Source: Mobula hypostoma
Lineage: Eukaryota
Length of the DNA stretch: 64,000 bases
Assembly: GCF_963921235.1 (NCBI RefSeq)
Contig: NC_086097.1
Location: forward strand, 36,396,001-36,460,000
Reading direction: 5' to 3'
The position numbers were made by a program, and so were the translations under genes. The notes below the pieces were generated by a model. The model made no database searches and was not told the origin of the DNA. It saw only the letters and a list, made by a program, of their open reading frames with translations. Shown here one piece after another: positions 25,748-39,367 of the stretch. Each line of letters starts with the position of its first letter. The stretch's first letter is position 1.

Positions 25748-26765
25748 GAATCAAACCAAGTTTATTGTCGTTTAACAACATACATGTATATAATGTATAT
25801 AATCATATAATGTATATAGAAATGAGACGTTTCCCCAAATCAGGATGTAAAGCACACTAGTACACGTGGCATGCATAGCACTCGATAACTTATGGAGGTA
25901 AGGATAAATTCTACAGGTGAATCACACATAAATAACAAACTAAAGTGTGTTAATATTAAATATTGTAAAGTACGGAACAGATTAACCAGTGACACTTCGA
26001 ATACGATGCGGCAGGGAGTTCGGAAACCGAATGCCCTGGGGAAGAAACTGTTTCTCATCTTGATTGTTCCTGTTTTTATGCATCGTTGTCTCCTGCCTGA
26101 TGGGAGAAAGTGAAAGAGCTGCAGGATAGATGGGTGGGATCCTTAGTAATAGTGAGGGCACTGATAAAAGTCCCCTGTGGATGGGATGGAGACCCTATGT
26201 TCGCCTCAGCTGTTGTCAGAGACATGTTCGCTCTCAATGGTGCTTTCACCTCCCCTCCATTTTAATACAGTTAAGATGGGGGTGGGGGTGGAACCTTGTT
26301 TGCCTCAATTTTCTTAGGAAGAGGAGGCGCTGCTATGCCTTCTTGCTCAGGGAGGTGATATTAAGCGACCAGGTGAAGTCATCCGTGATGTGGACTCCCA
26401 GGAACTTGGTGCACTTAACTCCCCCTATGGAGGAGCAATGCATTCCTAGAGGGGGATGGTTTATCTGCCCCTTCTTCAAGTCTATGATGATTTCCTTTGT
26501 CGTCTCCATGTTCAGGCTTTGGTTGTTCTACGCACACCCATCCACTTCCTCTCCGTACTCGATCTCGTCATCGTTCTCGATAAGGCCAACTACTGTTGTG
26601 TCATCTGCAAACTTGCTGACCCGGTTTGAGCTGGATCCTGCAACGCAGTCATATGTCAGCAGTGTGAGCAGCGGCGGGCTGAGCACAGGGCCTTGGGGAG
26701 TGCCAGTTCTCAGCATAATGGGATGAGAGGCGTTGCTATGCACACAGACTGACTGTGGCCTTACT
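25748..26765 (-). mobile_element. Rex1/Babar fragment
   Basis: ORF 26528-26743 GTPQG.VLSP.L.TLLTYDC...KFADDTTVVGLI. Confidence 0.8.
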
Positions 26766-27384
26766 GCTAAGAATGATCTTTATGGAAATGATAAGTTGCT
26801 TCAGGAAAATGTCAGAAACATGAGTTTTATTATTGAAAGGAGGCCAGAAGCAACCACAGCTCTTGTTCTGGGCCAAAAGTAATAAAACAACACTTCAGAT
26901 ATGAAAATTAATCTCTTTCTGCTGTCTAGAATACAATTTGCAGGATTCAGTCAGGTGCACGATAAGGCACTGAACAATGTGCTCACTGATAATTAATGTA
27001 TTCAATGTACAACATGCACAAAATGGTACCTCAAGCTGCAGAGTACTGTCCAAATCTAACCCAATAATAAATCTGCCTGTTCTTGACTCCACATAAATGG
27101 AGGTCAGTGCAGGGTTACATAAAGTAGCAACTCCGACCGTCACTTCATTTTGTTTACGATTTTTGTCTCTCCCTTTTCCTACCCAGTGCTGCATAGTAAT
27201 GAAAGATGCTTATTTCAGATAGTGAAAACGGTCCTGGTGAATGGATGTCCCAACCATCGGTTTGCTTTGAACTGCCATTAACTTGGCAGGCCCTTTTTAA
27301 GGTTTTCAGAGAAGCTATATAATATTGTTGTGAATCATAGCAGAATAGTCCTTTAGTACTTGAATAACATTCTTCTGATTAGAT

Positions 27385-27812
27385 GTGATGCATAAAATGC
27401 TGAAGAAACCCAGCAGGTCAGGTAACAACAATGGCGGGGTGGGGGGGTGGGGGTGAACTGTTGACAATTCAGTGGAGATCAGTCCTGATGAAGTGTCTCA
27501 GCCTGAAACATCGATTGTTTATTCCCCTCCATAGATGCTGCCTGACTTGCTGAGTTCCTCCAGCATTTTACTCTGGATTTCCATAAGACATAGGAGCAGA
27601 ATTAGGCCATTCGATCCATTGAGTCCACTTTGCCATTACACCATTGCTGATTTATTATTCCTTGTGACCCCATTCTCCTGCCTTCTCCCTATAACTTTTG
27701 ACACCCTGATTAATCAAAAACTTATCAGCCTCCGCCTTAAATACTGTACACCCAATAACTTGGCCTGCACAGCCACCTGGGGCAATTTCCAGCATCCAGA
27801 GAATCTCTTGTA
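27385..27812. mobile_element. Penelope fold-back with hammerhead motif (27481-27516), interrupted by a CR1 3' fragment (~27583-27785)
   Basis: agtc-ctgatga-agtgtctcagcct-gaaac-atc-gatt followed by gatgctgcctgacttgctgagttcctccagca; inverted arm at ~27390-27430. Confidence 0.7.
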
Positions 27813-28439
27813 CGGTTAAGATTTACAATGAATGGGTTTAATTCATCCTGTAAAATAGAAGATAAAAGAGTGCAGAAAAAAAACATCATACATATTCTAA
27901 TAAACCAATAAATCTGAATTGTGAAGGAAGCGAGAACACTTCACAATTAAGATACTCACAGTGTAGCAGGAAATGGTGTTAATATTTCAGTTTAATGCCC
28001 TTTCATCTGTACTAGAAAGGGCAGGAAGTCAAACAGGCTTTACATTTCAGAGGAGGTTGACAGAGGGAGAATATGAAGTTATGTCGATGATGGAGACCAA
28101 GAGAGAGTGAATGAAATAAATGGTGGGGGTGCCAACAAGGATGGGTTAATAAAGGTTTGTTAATTGCAGCTGCTCTGACTGGATGGAGCACAAATATAAC
28201 AAGGTGAATGAGCACAGAGGAGGGGGAAAGAAAAACAAGGATGGAATTTTGGGATATAAATCACTGTCTTGGAAATTTGAAGTAAAACAGGGAATGAATG
28301 CTGGAAATACTTGACAGGTCTGGGAGCATCCTCTTGGAACAGGAACTCCACCGTTAACATCTAAAGCAAGTGAAATCTGATTTACAGGTTACGAAGCACT
28401 AATGCCACAGCACGGCACCAGCAAATACTTACTGACTTT

Positions 28440-28715
28440 TTGAGATACAACACGGAATAGGCCCTTTCGGCCCTTTGAACCGTATCACCCAGCAATCCCC
28501 TGATTCAATCCTAACCTAATTACAATGACCAATTAATGCACCAACTGGTCCGTCTCTGGACTGTGGGAGGAAACCGGAGCACCTGGAGGAAACCCACACG
28601 GTGATGGAGAGAACGTACAAACTCCTTACAGGCAGTGTGGGAATTGAACTAGGGTCGCAGGTCCTGCAAAGCATTCTGCTAACAATGATGCTACTGTGAC
28701 ACATGCCAACCGCCC
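28440..28715 (-). mobile_element. V-SINE-type tRNA SINE
   Basis: gactgtgggaggaaaccggagcacctggaggaaacccac (V-domain reverse complement) and B-box-like gggaattgaac. Confidence 0.75.
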
Positions 28716-29579
28716 TTATTACATGTTCCTCTCAGGATACAGGGTAAGCACTCAATGAGATAAGAAATTACTTTATGCAAAGGATGGTGAACCTGCAGCA
28801 TTCTTTAACACAGAAGCATATGAAGGTAATGTTTGTGAATACATTCTCAGAAGCAGGTAGATAGATTACTAGATACAAAAGGCATCAGGTGAATATGGGA
28901 GGTTTGGCACAAAGATAGAGGATCAATTATGATATTATTCAATGTCAAGCTGGATTGAAGGGTCGAGTGGCCTTGTCATCCTCTCAATGGTAGATAAAAG
29001 GATACTTTGTTTGAAAAAGAATATATTTCAGTAGACTTTGTGGTACGTTGATTACTTTGGGGCACTGCATATATAGGAAGTTACAATGAATTTCCAGTAC
29101 TTCAGTTCATCTAAAATTATTTTTTTATATATGTAATGGATGATATAATTTTGAAATGATTACTTCCTTTGCCTCTGCTACCACTTTCTAAATACTCTGA
29201 CCAAGGTTTGAGGACAAACCTTCATAGAGCAAATACACGTAACTATTATTTTTTTACCATATGCATGTTTCAGCAAGTTACACCACTCTTCTTGTGTGCA
29301 AAAGGTCTTTATGTGCAGACCCACACACCTGAGTTTTATTTGCCCAGAGCCTAGAACAGACTGTAAATTAAAGGTAGGCACCAAGTAACATCAGTGCTGA
29401 GCTGCTCATGGTGAGTGGTCTTTGTCTTGGTTTGTTACCTATGCCCATTGGCATGCACCTGCCTGCACTCAGCACGGAAACACAATGGATGAAGAACAAA
29501 AACATTAGTACCAGTGTCAAACACTGACTGCTCCCACCACCAAACTAAATTGAATCAGGCTTGTTTCTCCTTTCAGGAA

Positions 29580-30995
29580 ATTCAGTCTCAGACAATTTCA
29601 CCTGGTCCAGGAACACCACTGGGATTGTGAAATGGGCCCAGCAGAGGTTGCGCTTTCTAAGGAAGCTTAAACAAGCATCACTCCCCACTAACATCTTAAC
29701 TACATTCTACAGAGGCGTGGTTAAGAGTGTGCTGGCCTTTTGCATCACAACCTGGTACTCCAGCTGCAGTGCGGTTGACAAAAAAGCCTTGCAGAGGGTG
29801 GTTAGGGGAGCAGAGGTTATTGGGGTGTCCAAGACCTCTTTCAGAGTCGATGCCTCCAGAAGACACGGTACATCATTAAAGACCCCTCACACCCTCTCCA
29901 TGAACTGTTTGTTCTTCTGCCATCAGGCAAACGTTACAGGAGCATCAAAACTAAAACCACAAGGCTACTAAACAGCTTCCTCCCACAGGCAGTCAGACTG
30001 CTAAATAGCTGCTCTACCTGACTCTGCTTTGCACTGGACACTTATAACTTGATTTTAACTGACATGTGGCTGTTGTGTTTTACTATTTATTGTTATGTTT
30101 ATTATTTAGTGTTGCGTTTGTTATGTCATGATTGCACTGCTCCTGAGAAACGCTGTCTCATTCTGCCCTGCAGAGCTGATGTACGGTTAGAATGCCAATA
30201 AAGTTTTTTGAATCTTTGAATCTTGAATCTAAATCAGAAGGAGCAACCAATATTTGTACCCGTGACATCATTACTTTCCTTGGAGTTAACATATCAGTGG
30301 ATCTAACCTGGGTCCAGCATATACATGCCATCACGAGGAGGCGTGACAGTGCCTGTACTTTCTCAGAAGTTTGTGTAGATTTGGCATGTCATTCAAAACA
30401 AAATATTTGAGAAATATTTATAGATGGGGAGAGAATCCTAACTGAGTGCATCATGGCCTGGTATGGAAACACCAATGCCCAGGAATGGAAGAGGCGTCAG
30501 AAAGTGGCGGACATAGATCAGTTCACCACATGCAAAGCCCTCCCAGCGTTGAGAGCATTTATATGAAGAGCTACCACAAGAAAGTGGCGTCTATCAGCAA
30601 AGACCTCCATTCTCCAGGCCACGTGCTCTTCTTGTTGCTACCGTGAGGCAGGAGGTAGTGAAGCATTAGGTCCTACACCACCAGGTTCAGGAACAGTTAT
30701 TACCCGACAACCATCAGGCTACTGAACCAGCATGGATAACTTCACTCACCGTTACTCTGAACTGATTCTATGACCTACAGTCTCATTTTCAAGGACTCTT
30801 TACAACTCATGATCTCTGAATTACTATTTATTTACTTGCACAGCTTGGCTTCTTTTGCACATTGGTTGTTTGTTAGTGTTTGTCTGCTTATAAACACTTC
30901 TATGCAGGTTCTATTGTATTTGTTTATCTCCCCAGTAAATGCATCTCGAGGTTGTATATGGTAACTCTGATAATAAATTTATTTTGAGCTTTGAG
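29580..30995 (+). mobile_element. Two adjacent Rex1/Babar 3' fragments (~29580-30230 and ~30270-30995)
   Basis: AQQRLRFLRKL...FYRGVV.SVL.FCITTWY; (ttgaatc)n tail; second copy with FLGVNIS.DLTW. Confidence 0.75.
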
Positions 30996-31442
30996 GGCAA
31001 CGAACACTGATGATTACTTGTTATACATGATAATTATAATGTTGACAGCACTGTTGAAGATGAATGCTGCCAGTCTTGTGGAACAGAAGAAAGTTGATGT
31101 GGAAATTATTGCCAGGAGGCAAAGCATTGCTTGCTAGAAAAATTGCGCAATATTTATGGTTTGCAAGAAGAATCTGAATATTTCATAACAACATAACATG
31201 TAACAAGAGAGTACACATAAATGATTTCTTCAAATGATGGTAAGCCTCAATCAGATTGTTTAAATGCAGGAACTATCTATGTTGGAAATCTGACATAAAC
31301 CAGTAAAGTTTAGAAATCATCAAAACAAGTCATGTTGATTACACAAGGAAGGTGTAAAGTACACAGCCCTCACCCAAAATAATCGTCTCAAATGAACCCA
31401 TGCAACACTGACCCTATAAAGTTATAAAGTCCCATGTTTAAC

Positions 31443-33062
31443 CAGTGGCCACTTTATTAGGTACCCCTTGTACCCTAATAAAGTGGCCACTGTATGTTCA
31501 TGGTCTTCTGCTGCTGTTGCCCATCCACTTCAGGCTTCATTATGTTCTGCATTCAGAAACACTCTTCTGCACACCTCCCTTATAACCTGTGGCTACTTGA
31601 GTTACTGTCACCTTTCTGTTGTCTTGAAACAGTTTGCCCATTCTCCCCCGACCTCTCTCATTAACATGGTGTTTCATTGACAGAACTGCCACTCACTGGA
31701 TGTTTTTTCCGTTTTTCACACCATTCTCGTCAAACTCTAGAGACTGTTGAGCAGAAAAATCCCAGGAGACCAGCAGTTTGGAGATACTTGAACCACCCTG
31801 GCTGGCGCCAACAGTTATGCCACAGTAAAAGTTCCTGAGATCACATTTCTTCCTGAGACTGATGCTTGGTCTGAACAACAAACTGAAGCTTTTAACCATG
31901 TCTGCTTGCTTTTATGCATTGAGTTGCTGCCATATGATTGGCTGTTTAGATATTTACAGGGGGGATGCCACAGTAGCGTGGCGGTTGGCACAATGCTATT
32001 ACAGCTCAGAGTGTTGGAGTTCAGAGTTCAGTCCCAGCATCCTCTGTATGGAATCTCTCTGCATCCTCACTGTGGAATGACAATAGACAAGAGACAATAG
32101 GCAATAGGTGCAGGAGTAGGCCATTCGGCCCTTTGAGCCAGCACCGCCATTCACTGTGATCATGGCTGATCATCCACTATCAGTATCCAGTTCCTGCCTT
32201 ATCCCCATAACCTTTGATTCCACTATCTTTAAGAGCTCTATCCATCTCTTTCTTGAAAGCATCCAGAGACTTGGCCTCCACAGCCTTCTGGGACAGAGCA
32301 TTCCATATATCCACCACTCTCTGGGTGATAAAGTTTTTCCTCAACTCCGTTCCAAATGGCCTACCCCTAATTCTTAAACTGTGGCCTCTGGTTCTGGACT
32401 CACCCATCAGCGGGAACATGCTTCCTGCCTCCAGCGTGTCCAATCCCTTAATTATCTTATATGTTTCAATAAGATCCCCTCTCAGCCTTCTAAATTCTAG
32501 TGTATACAAGCCCAGTCGCTCCAATCTTTCGACATAGGACAGTCCCACCATCCCAGGAATTAACCTTGTGAACCTACGCTGCACTCCCTCAATAGCAAGA
32601 ATGTCCTTCCTCAAATTTGGAGACCAAAACTGCACACAGTACTCCAGGTGTGGTCTCACCAGGGCCCTGTACAGCTGCAGAAGGACCTCTTTGCTCTTAT
32701 ACTCAATTCCCCTTGTTATGAAGGCCAGCATGCCATTAGCTTTTTTCACTGCCTGCTGTACTTACATACTTGCTTTCAGTGACTGATGTACAAGATCACC
32801 GCGATCTCGTTGTGCTTCCCCTTTTCCTAACTTGACTCCATTTAGTCAATACATGGGTATTCTCCGGGTCCTCCAGCTCCCTCCCACATTACAAAGACAT
32901 GCGGGCTAGGTTAAGTGGCCATTGCAAATTGTCCTGTGTTTAAGTCAGGGCTGTCAAGGGTTGATGGACAGTGTGGCTTGAAGGCCTTTTCTGCTCTGTA
33001 TTACCAAATAAATAAAATAATGAAATTAACGAGAGGTATACCTAATAAACAAGTCACTGAGT
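31443..33062. mobile_element. Tc1-derived MITE containing a V-SINE (~31958-32079 and ~32846-33020), which contains a CR1 3' fragment
   Basis: Termini cagtggccactttattaggtac / gtatacctaataaac...cactgagtg; SINE head and V-domain separated by the CR1. Confidence 0.7.
32080..32845 (-). mobile_element. Young CR1 3' fragment
   Basis: Open ORF 32180-32749 LYRALVRPHLEYCVQFWSP...RRLRGDLIETYKI...TRGHSLRI; caatag-type repeat tail. Confidence 0.9.
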
Positions 33063-34854
33063 GGATGTACCCACCCAAAACTGGCAACTTAATATTTTGA
33101 TCCAGTGTATTTCTTGAACATTTCTGCTTGAAATGTAAAGGAGGGCGTGTGGATAGGGTGGGTGGAATGTAACAAGGTGCCAGTAGAGTAGTAGGAGAAG
33201 TAACTTTATATTGCTAATGGGGTAAACACACAGATGGCCTGATTAGTTTAGCACTCAGCCTGTTCATTAAGTCGATCTATTTCTGGGGCAAATTTCTAAA
33301 TGAAGTGACATCAGCAGATTAAAAAGAGAGGGGATTTATAGAGCTGCTTTTAATATCATTATTCCCTTTCAAACCAAAGCCAGTGTTACAGATCTCAATG
33401 CCCGAAGGGAGCTGGAGGGACAGTATACAGTAGTCTTTCATTATAAAGTTAAGAGCACAGCATAGACATATGCACTGTGATGCATCTGCACGGTAAACAA
33501 CAGAATGAGGTGTGTGTACAATGAATTGGGTGTTGTACAAAGTGATTGTATGCATCATCAATGTGAAATGTAGAGTATGATGGAACCTTGCATGCTCATT
33601 ACATGTTACTCTTCTTTGCTTTCCCATTACTTACAGGTACATTGATTATCATAATCATGCAACTAATCTGACTTGTGTCTTAACACCCATGTCCACATCT
33701 GTTTCTGAAGAATGAAGTCATGTCACAGCTTGCAAAATTGCTTGGTATCAGTCACAGCTTCAGGTCAACTGACAGCAAGTTTCAGGATCCTAGTCAGAAA
33801 AAGAAAGATCAAGTAAATCCACTTTCTCTTTAAATGAAAAAGAGAACATTTTTGAGATTGCTTGGTGACAAGCGTTCTCGATAGAAAATTTAATGTGTGA
33901 AAAAATATCCTGCAGTATTGATCATTGTGAGTCATTAGTTTAATTACAGCAAGATGACATCTCTAAACTTTAAAAATTGATTTGTTGTATGGTGCTTATT
34001 AATCAGAGGCATACTGCACAATATTATGTAAGAATAAATTACAAACAAGATCTTTAATCTGACAGACGAGTAGTTTTTAAACTTTTATGATAAGGATCAA
34101 AAACCTTTAAAAATAATATGCATCCTTCCCTTTTTAAAAAAATATGTGGTGCCTGTGTAGCTCAGCTGCACTCCTACTCCTTTGGCACATTCCAAGCCAT
34201 GTGTAAATAAAACACACCAAAAAATCTCCCAGAGCAAGGTTTAACAAACTTTCACATCACTGAGGACAAATCTCTTCTCCCACATCTCTTGAGGTGCCCA
34301 TTACAGGTAGATTATAATTCTTCATTCATGCCTTCTGTCTTGTTCCAGATTCTATGAAGTCTAAATGTAATTTAGTTTAGGACTTACTTTCAGAACATTC
34401 CACTAAACTTGCAGAATGCCTTCCAATTGCTGTCCCTCTTTCTACAACTGATATTGACTCTTCTGTGAGAACCAAGCAAGAGAGTGCTGCTTTGATAACT
34501 TAATTCACATATCAAACAATTTCAAAGGTTTTGGTTTAGGACACTGACACTTATTTAAGTAAGAGACCTTTGAATATAACAAATCTAAATTTCAGAAATG
34601 TTCTATAGATACTTTAGATGATTTTCATTATTACTTCCACTGCACATAATCAAATTAAAGTTTATAACAAGGTTAATTCAGAGGAGAATGATTCCTATCA
34701 ATCATTCAATGGTAATTGGATGCAGGGGAAGAGAAGTCTGGAAATTACTTAAACTCCAATAATCCAACAAATTTGGTACACTATTGATGCTGGGTACGCA
34801 GATTTTCTGGACTATTGGGTGTTATAAAAAACATTATTCTAAATTGGACTATAG

Positions 34855-37366
34855 TAGTGGTCACCAACCTTTTTAAGCCCAAGATCCCCTACCTCGACCT
34901 CAGTGAAAGGCAAGATCTACCTACTAAATCATTTAGAGAAAACACAGCTCAGATTGTACTTCCAACTTGAGGCCTTTTATTTGGGCTAAATGTATTTGAA
35001 TTACACAAAATACTTTTGTCAAACTTTCAAATTAGTTCTAACAAGAAAACACTGTAACTAGCATATCAAACAGGCCATAGCTATCTTTCTTTAAGAATAT
35101 TACAATACTTCACACCTTTAATTCTAAGTTTCATTATTTAGTTTTATTTCGACACGAAAAATAAATGAATAAAAATTGACTGTTGCACTCAGTGTGATGA
35201 CTGGGGCTGAATATTTGCTGCTTGTTCCCTGAAATTTGGCTCATAACTACAGACAGCCAGTCTGAGACAATCTGTGAGGTGTCTGTCAGTAAGAGAGCTC
35301 CTGTACTTAGATTTAATAATTTTCATATTTGAAAATGCAATTTCACATAGATAAGTTGACCTGAAGTAGGCACTGACTTTTAGTGCACATGCGGTGAGAT
35401 AAGGAAACTTCTCCCTGCTGACAAGCCCCCAAAAGTCACCGTCCCTTGATCTTGCTTTAAGCATGATGTCATTTTGCAAATCAATTATTTCCATTTCAGA
35501 ATCACTTGGCACACCAGGTACTTGCTGGAGTTTGACTGCTATCTGTTCTATTTCGATCAGCAGAAATGGGTTTGAAATAAATGCAGCAATATCTTTCATG
35601 ATGTTTAACTTCCCAAAATGCTGATTGAACTCTATTGCCAGTTTGTCTAGGTGAGCACAGTACTGCTCAGGGCGAAAAGCATTTTTTTCCCGTGATGGCC
35701 GGTAACATTTTTTCCAAGTTGGGAAAGTGTGTTAGCTTCCCATTCTTTAAATTTGAAATCCAAACACCGAGCTTGGCCTTAAACGCATTTACTGCCCTTA
35801 TCATGTGGGTTAGGTGTTGGTCTTTTCCCATGAGCTCATTGTTAAGTGTGTTTAATTTAGCCGTTATGTCTGTCAGAAACCCTAAATCCAGCAGCCACGT
35901 ATCATCTGACAGCTTCTCATGCTCCTCGCTTCTTGTTGACAGGGAAGTCTTTATCTCAGGCAGCAAGTCAAGAAATCGTTCCAGCGCTTTGCCGCGACGC
36001 AACCACTGAACATCAGCCTGAAGAATTATGTCTCCATAAGCGGCATTGAGCTCATCCAATAACGCCTTGAATAAGCAGTGCTGAAGGGCTTTTGCTCGAA
36101 TCAAGTTTATCAGTTTGACCACCAGTGTCATTACATGAGAAAAGTCCACGACCTTCCCAGCCAAGGCCTGCTGATGAATCACACAGTGATAATCCAGGAA
36201 GCTGGGAAAATCAGGGTCATTACGGCACAGTGCTATAAAACCAACGCGCACACCACGCATTGCTGGAGCCCCATCAGTAGTAATTGCCACCAGTTTATGA
36301 ATGGAGTTGTCATTTTCACAGATATATTTTTTAAACTCATTGTAAATATCCTCGCCTCTCATTCTCTCCTTTAATTGCAAAAGAGTGAGGAAGTCCTCCT
36401 TTGTTGTAAAATCCTGGAAAGCCATTCTGACAGATACAACAAGCTAAGCTGTTAACATTACATCCAGGGATTCATCGAACTGCGGTGAAAAATATTCACA
36501 GAGTGACAAGTCCTTTAACCCTTCCACATCCTCTGACAGTGACTCCACCCTCCTTGTTACTGTTGCAGGGCCAAGCGATATATTATGTATTGTGGTTGTG
36601 ATGTCGTTTTTGTTTTTAAAGCCATTAAAAACAGTCTCTGTGGTAATGGCCATTGCTTCCTTGAATAAATCGCCATCTGTAAAAGGCTTCTCGTGACTTA
36701 CACGAAATGATGCTTCAATAGCAGCCTTATTTTGAGCAGCATGTTTTGTGAAAAAGGATTGCTGGGCCTTCAATCCAGATTTCAGCTCAACTTTCCTGGC
36801 ACGAATTGCGCTCTTTGGAAGGTAGGTGTCTTTAAGTTTGTGGTGCTGCTCCAGATTCCCTCTTTTAGTCAGTGCTTGTGTTTGGTGGCACAACATACAT
36901 ACACACTTGTCTTTCACCAAGGTAAACAGAAATTCCTCTTCCCATTCTGGATGGAATTTGTACGTTTTCGCCTTCTTTCGTAGAGCCTCCACCATGCTAT
37001 CAGGATATCACGAGCGAGTGCTGTATATTGATGTTTGCAACAGTCTATACTCTAATCTAATTGGTCACTTTAATGCAGCACAAGCTACGCTGAAAACGCG
37101 GTGCATGGCGGGGCAGCTACACACATGCGCACTGGACAGAAATAACAGAACTAAAACCCCACAACCCGGAAACAATCTCTCTTTACAAACAGCTTTCAGT
37201 AGCGAAAGTATTGCTATAGTACTATTATCCTAATTAGTATTACTTATTTTTATAATGCTCACATTACAACAGTATTTTTGTATTTATTTTTCATTTTTTT
37301 CGGGATCGACTGGGAAAGTCTCATAGATCGACTGGTCGATCGCGATCGACGGGTTGGCGACCCTTA
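34855..37366 (-). mobile_element. Full-length hAT (Buster/SPIN/Charlie, GTF2IRD2-like) DNA transposon
   Basis: 15-bp imperfect TIRs tagtggtcaccaacc / ggttggcgaccctta; 8-bp TSD gactatag (34847-34854) and ggctatag (37367-37374). Confidence 0.9.
35189..36995 (-). pseudogene. hAT transposase pseudogene in three ORF pieces
   Basis: N-terminal F..EWEEEF...C.C.LC zinc finger, FDES.D, TTDGAPAM, HCVIHQQAL, STYLCEIAFS.MKIIKSKYRS.LTD. Confidence 0.9.
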
Positions 37367-37499
37367 GGCTATAGAGTAATACCCCGCACACCATCAATTC
37401 ATTTTTTTTTAAATCACAATCTGAATCAGGTTTATATACATCATGAATTTTGTTGTTTTGTGGCAGCAGTCCAATGCAATATATAAAATATACTATAAA

Positions 37500-38310
37500 G
37501 TTCAAAGTTTAAAGTAAATTTATTGTCAAAGTACATATACAATGCTGGGATTCATTTTCTTGAGGGCATACTCAATAAATCCATAATAGAATAACAACCA
37601 TAATGGAATCACTGAAACACCACATCAGTTTGGATATTCCGCAAGAGTGCAAAAGACAACAAATAGCAAATGGAAAAAGAAAGACATAAATAATAATAAT
37701 AAATAAGTAAGTAATAAATATTGAGAATATGAGCTGAAGAGTCCTTGAAAATGAGTGCATAGGTGATGGGAAAATTTCAGTGACAGGGCAAGTCAAGTTG
37801 TGTCAAGTTATTCCCTTTACTTCAGGAGATGGTTGAGGAGTAATAATTGTTCTTGAAACTGGAGGTGTGAGTCTGAGGTTCCTGTACCATCTTCCTGATG
37901 GCAACAGCAAGAAGAGAGCATGATCTGAGTGGAGGGGGTCCCCGATGATGGATGCTGCTTTCCTTTGTGTAGATATGCTCAATGTTGGGGAGGGCGTTAC
38001 CTGTGGTGGACTGGGCTGTATCCCCCACTTTCTGTAGAATTTTCCATGCAAGGGCATTGGTGTTTCCGTACCAGGCTGTGATATAGCAATCAATATGCTC
38101 TCCACTACACATCTATAGAGGTTTGTCAGAACTTTGGATGACATGCTGAATCTTCGTAAACTTCTAAGAAATTGAAACGCAGAGCAGCACTCTTCTCAGT
38201 GGCCCAGGAGAGGTCCCCTGCAATGATACCACCAAGGAATTAAAAGCTTCTGACTCTTTCTGCCTCTGATCCTCCATAGAGGTCTGGCTCATGGACTTCT
38301 GGTTTCCTCC
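37500..38310 (-). mobile_element. Rex1/Babar 3' fragment
   Basis: LYRCVVESIL..., ALFLLLPSGRWYR. Confidence 0.75.
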
Positions 38311-38342
38311 ACAAATTACAAACCATAAATTACAATAACATA

Positions 38343-38410
38343 CAGTATTGTGCAAAAGTCTTAGGCACCCCTAGCTATCTACATGTGCCTAAAACTTTTG
38401 TACAGTACTG
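38343..38410. mobile_element. 68-bp Tc1 mini-MITE
   Basis: TIRs cagtattgtgcaaaagtcttaggcac / gtgcctaaaacttttgtacagtactg; TA at left; the same TIR ends a Tc1 fragment at ~44490-44821. Confidence 0.75.
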
Positions 38411-39367
38411 TGTAGCAGTGTGTTTATAAGAATTACTCCGTCATTTCCACTTGGCTGGCTATACCACTGTCATTTTAGGCAGCAATTCTGTTATCATAAA
38501 TGAGACATCCAGATCTTTGCTCAAAATAGCCATTAATCCTTTCCACATACTCCAACTGTTTTAACACTGGTCAGCCGCTTAACAACTGATTGACATAAAA
38601 TTTCAAAGTAACATTGCCTTAAAGGGTACATTCCTGCTTTCAATGGGTCTGGGAGCCTGCCAAGTACATGCGGAGAATGTGGGTGGATTGTCGTTTCCCA
38701 CATGATTGGCTGACCACTGCAGTTCAAAAGTGAACAAGGACTTGTGACGGTCTGTACAATAGGCAAACCGCAGCACGAACTCAACAGGTCAGGCAACATG
38801 CGTGGAGGGAAATTGGCAGGCGAGACTCTTAATCTGGATTGAAAGGGTGGGGGGGGGTGATAGCTAGTATTAAGAAGTGAGGGGGAGGGGTGGAACAAAA
38901 GCTGGTAAATGTTAGTTGGATGCAGGTGATGAAGGATGATTGGCAGATGGAGTTAGAAAAGGGTGAAAACAGTGACTGAGTTAACAGGTGGAGACAACAG
39001 TATTCGGCTTCCCTTCATTCACCAATTCAATTCTCCCAAACTATTCACAGCCAGAATTAAAACTGGGCCAGGAGATATGCTGGTATGATACACTCTCATT
39101 TTTTTGTCATACATTCATTCTAGTCCTATATTCATACAAAGCACCTGGATGATATGTCAGTCATGCAATACCAGATAAATTGTATTGAAACCATATTACA
39201 TTCTCAACAATCGAACTCCATCACACACACTTCTTTACCCTTCCTTTTAAAGCACATTTCAAAACTCGTCTCTGACCATCAATGGATCAAATATCACTAT
39301 TACTATATATATGAAACATTAACACTGTTTCTCTATACTGACCCTGCAATGCATTTTCAGTTTATAT

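Noticed and set aside
33070..34850. Possible host exons in unique AT-rich DNA (also 40.5-41.4 kb and 46.1-46.7 kb)
   Set aside because: No convincing ORF with splice sites or recognisable protein; small exons cannot be excluded without RNA data
35189..36995. Possible host gene GTF2IRD2/EPM2AIP1-like
   Set aside because: Disrupted frame and enclosed by TIRs and a TSD, so a transposon copy
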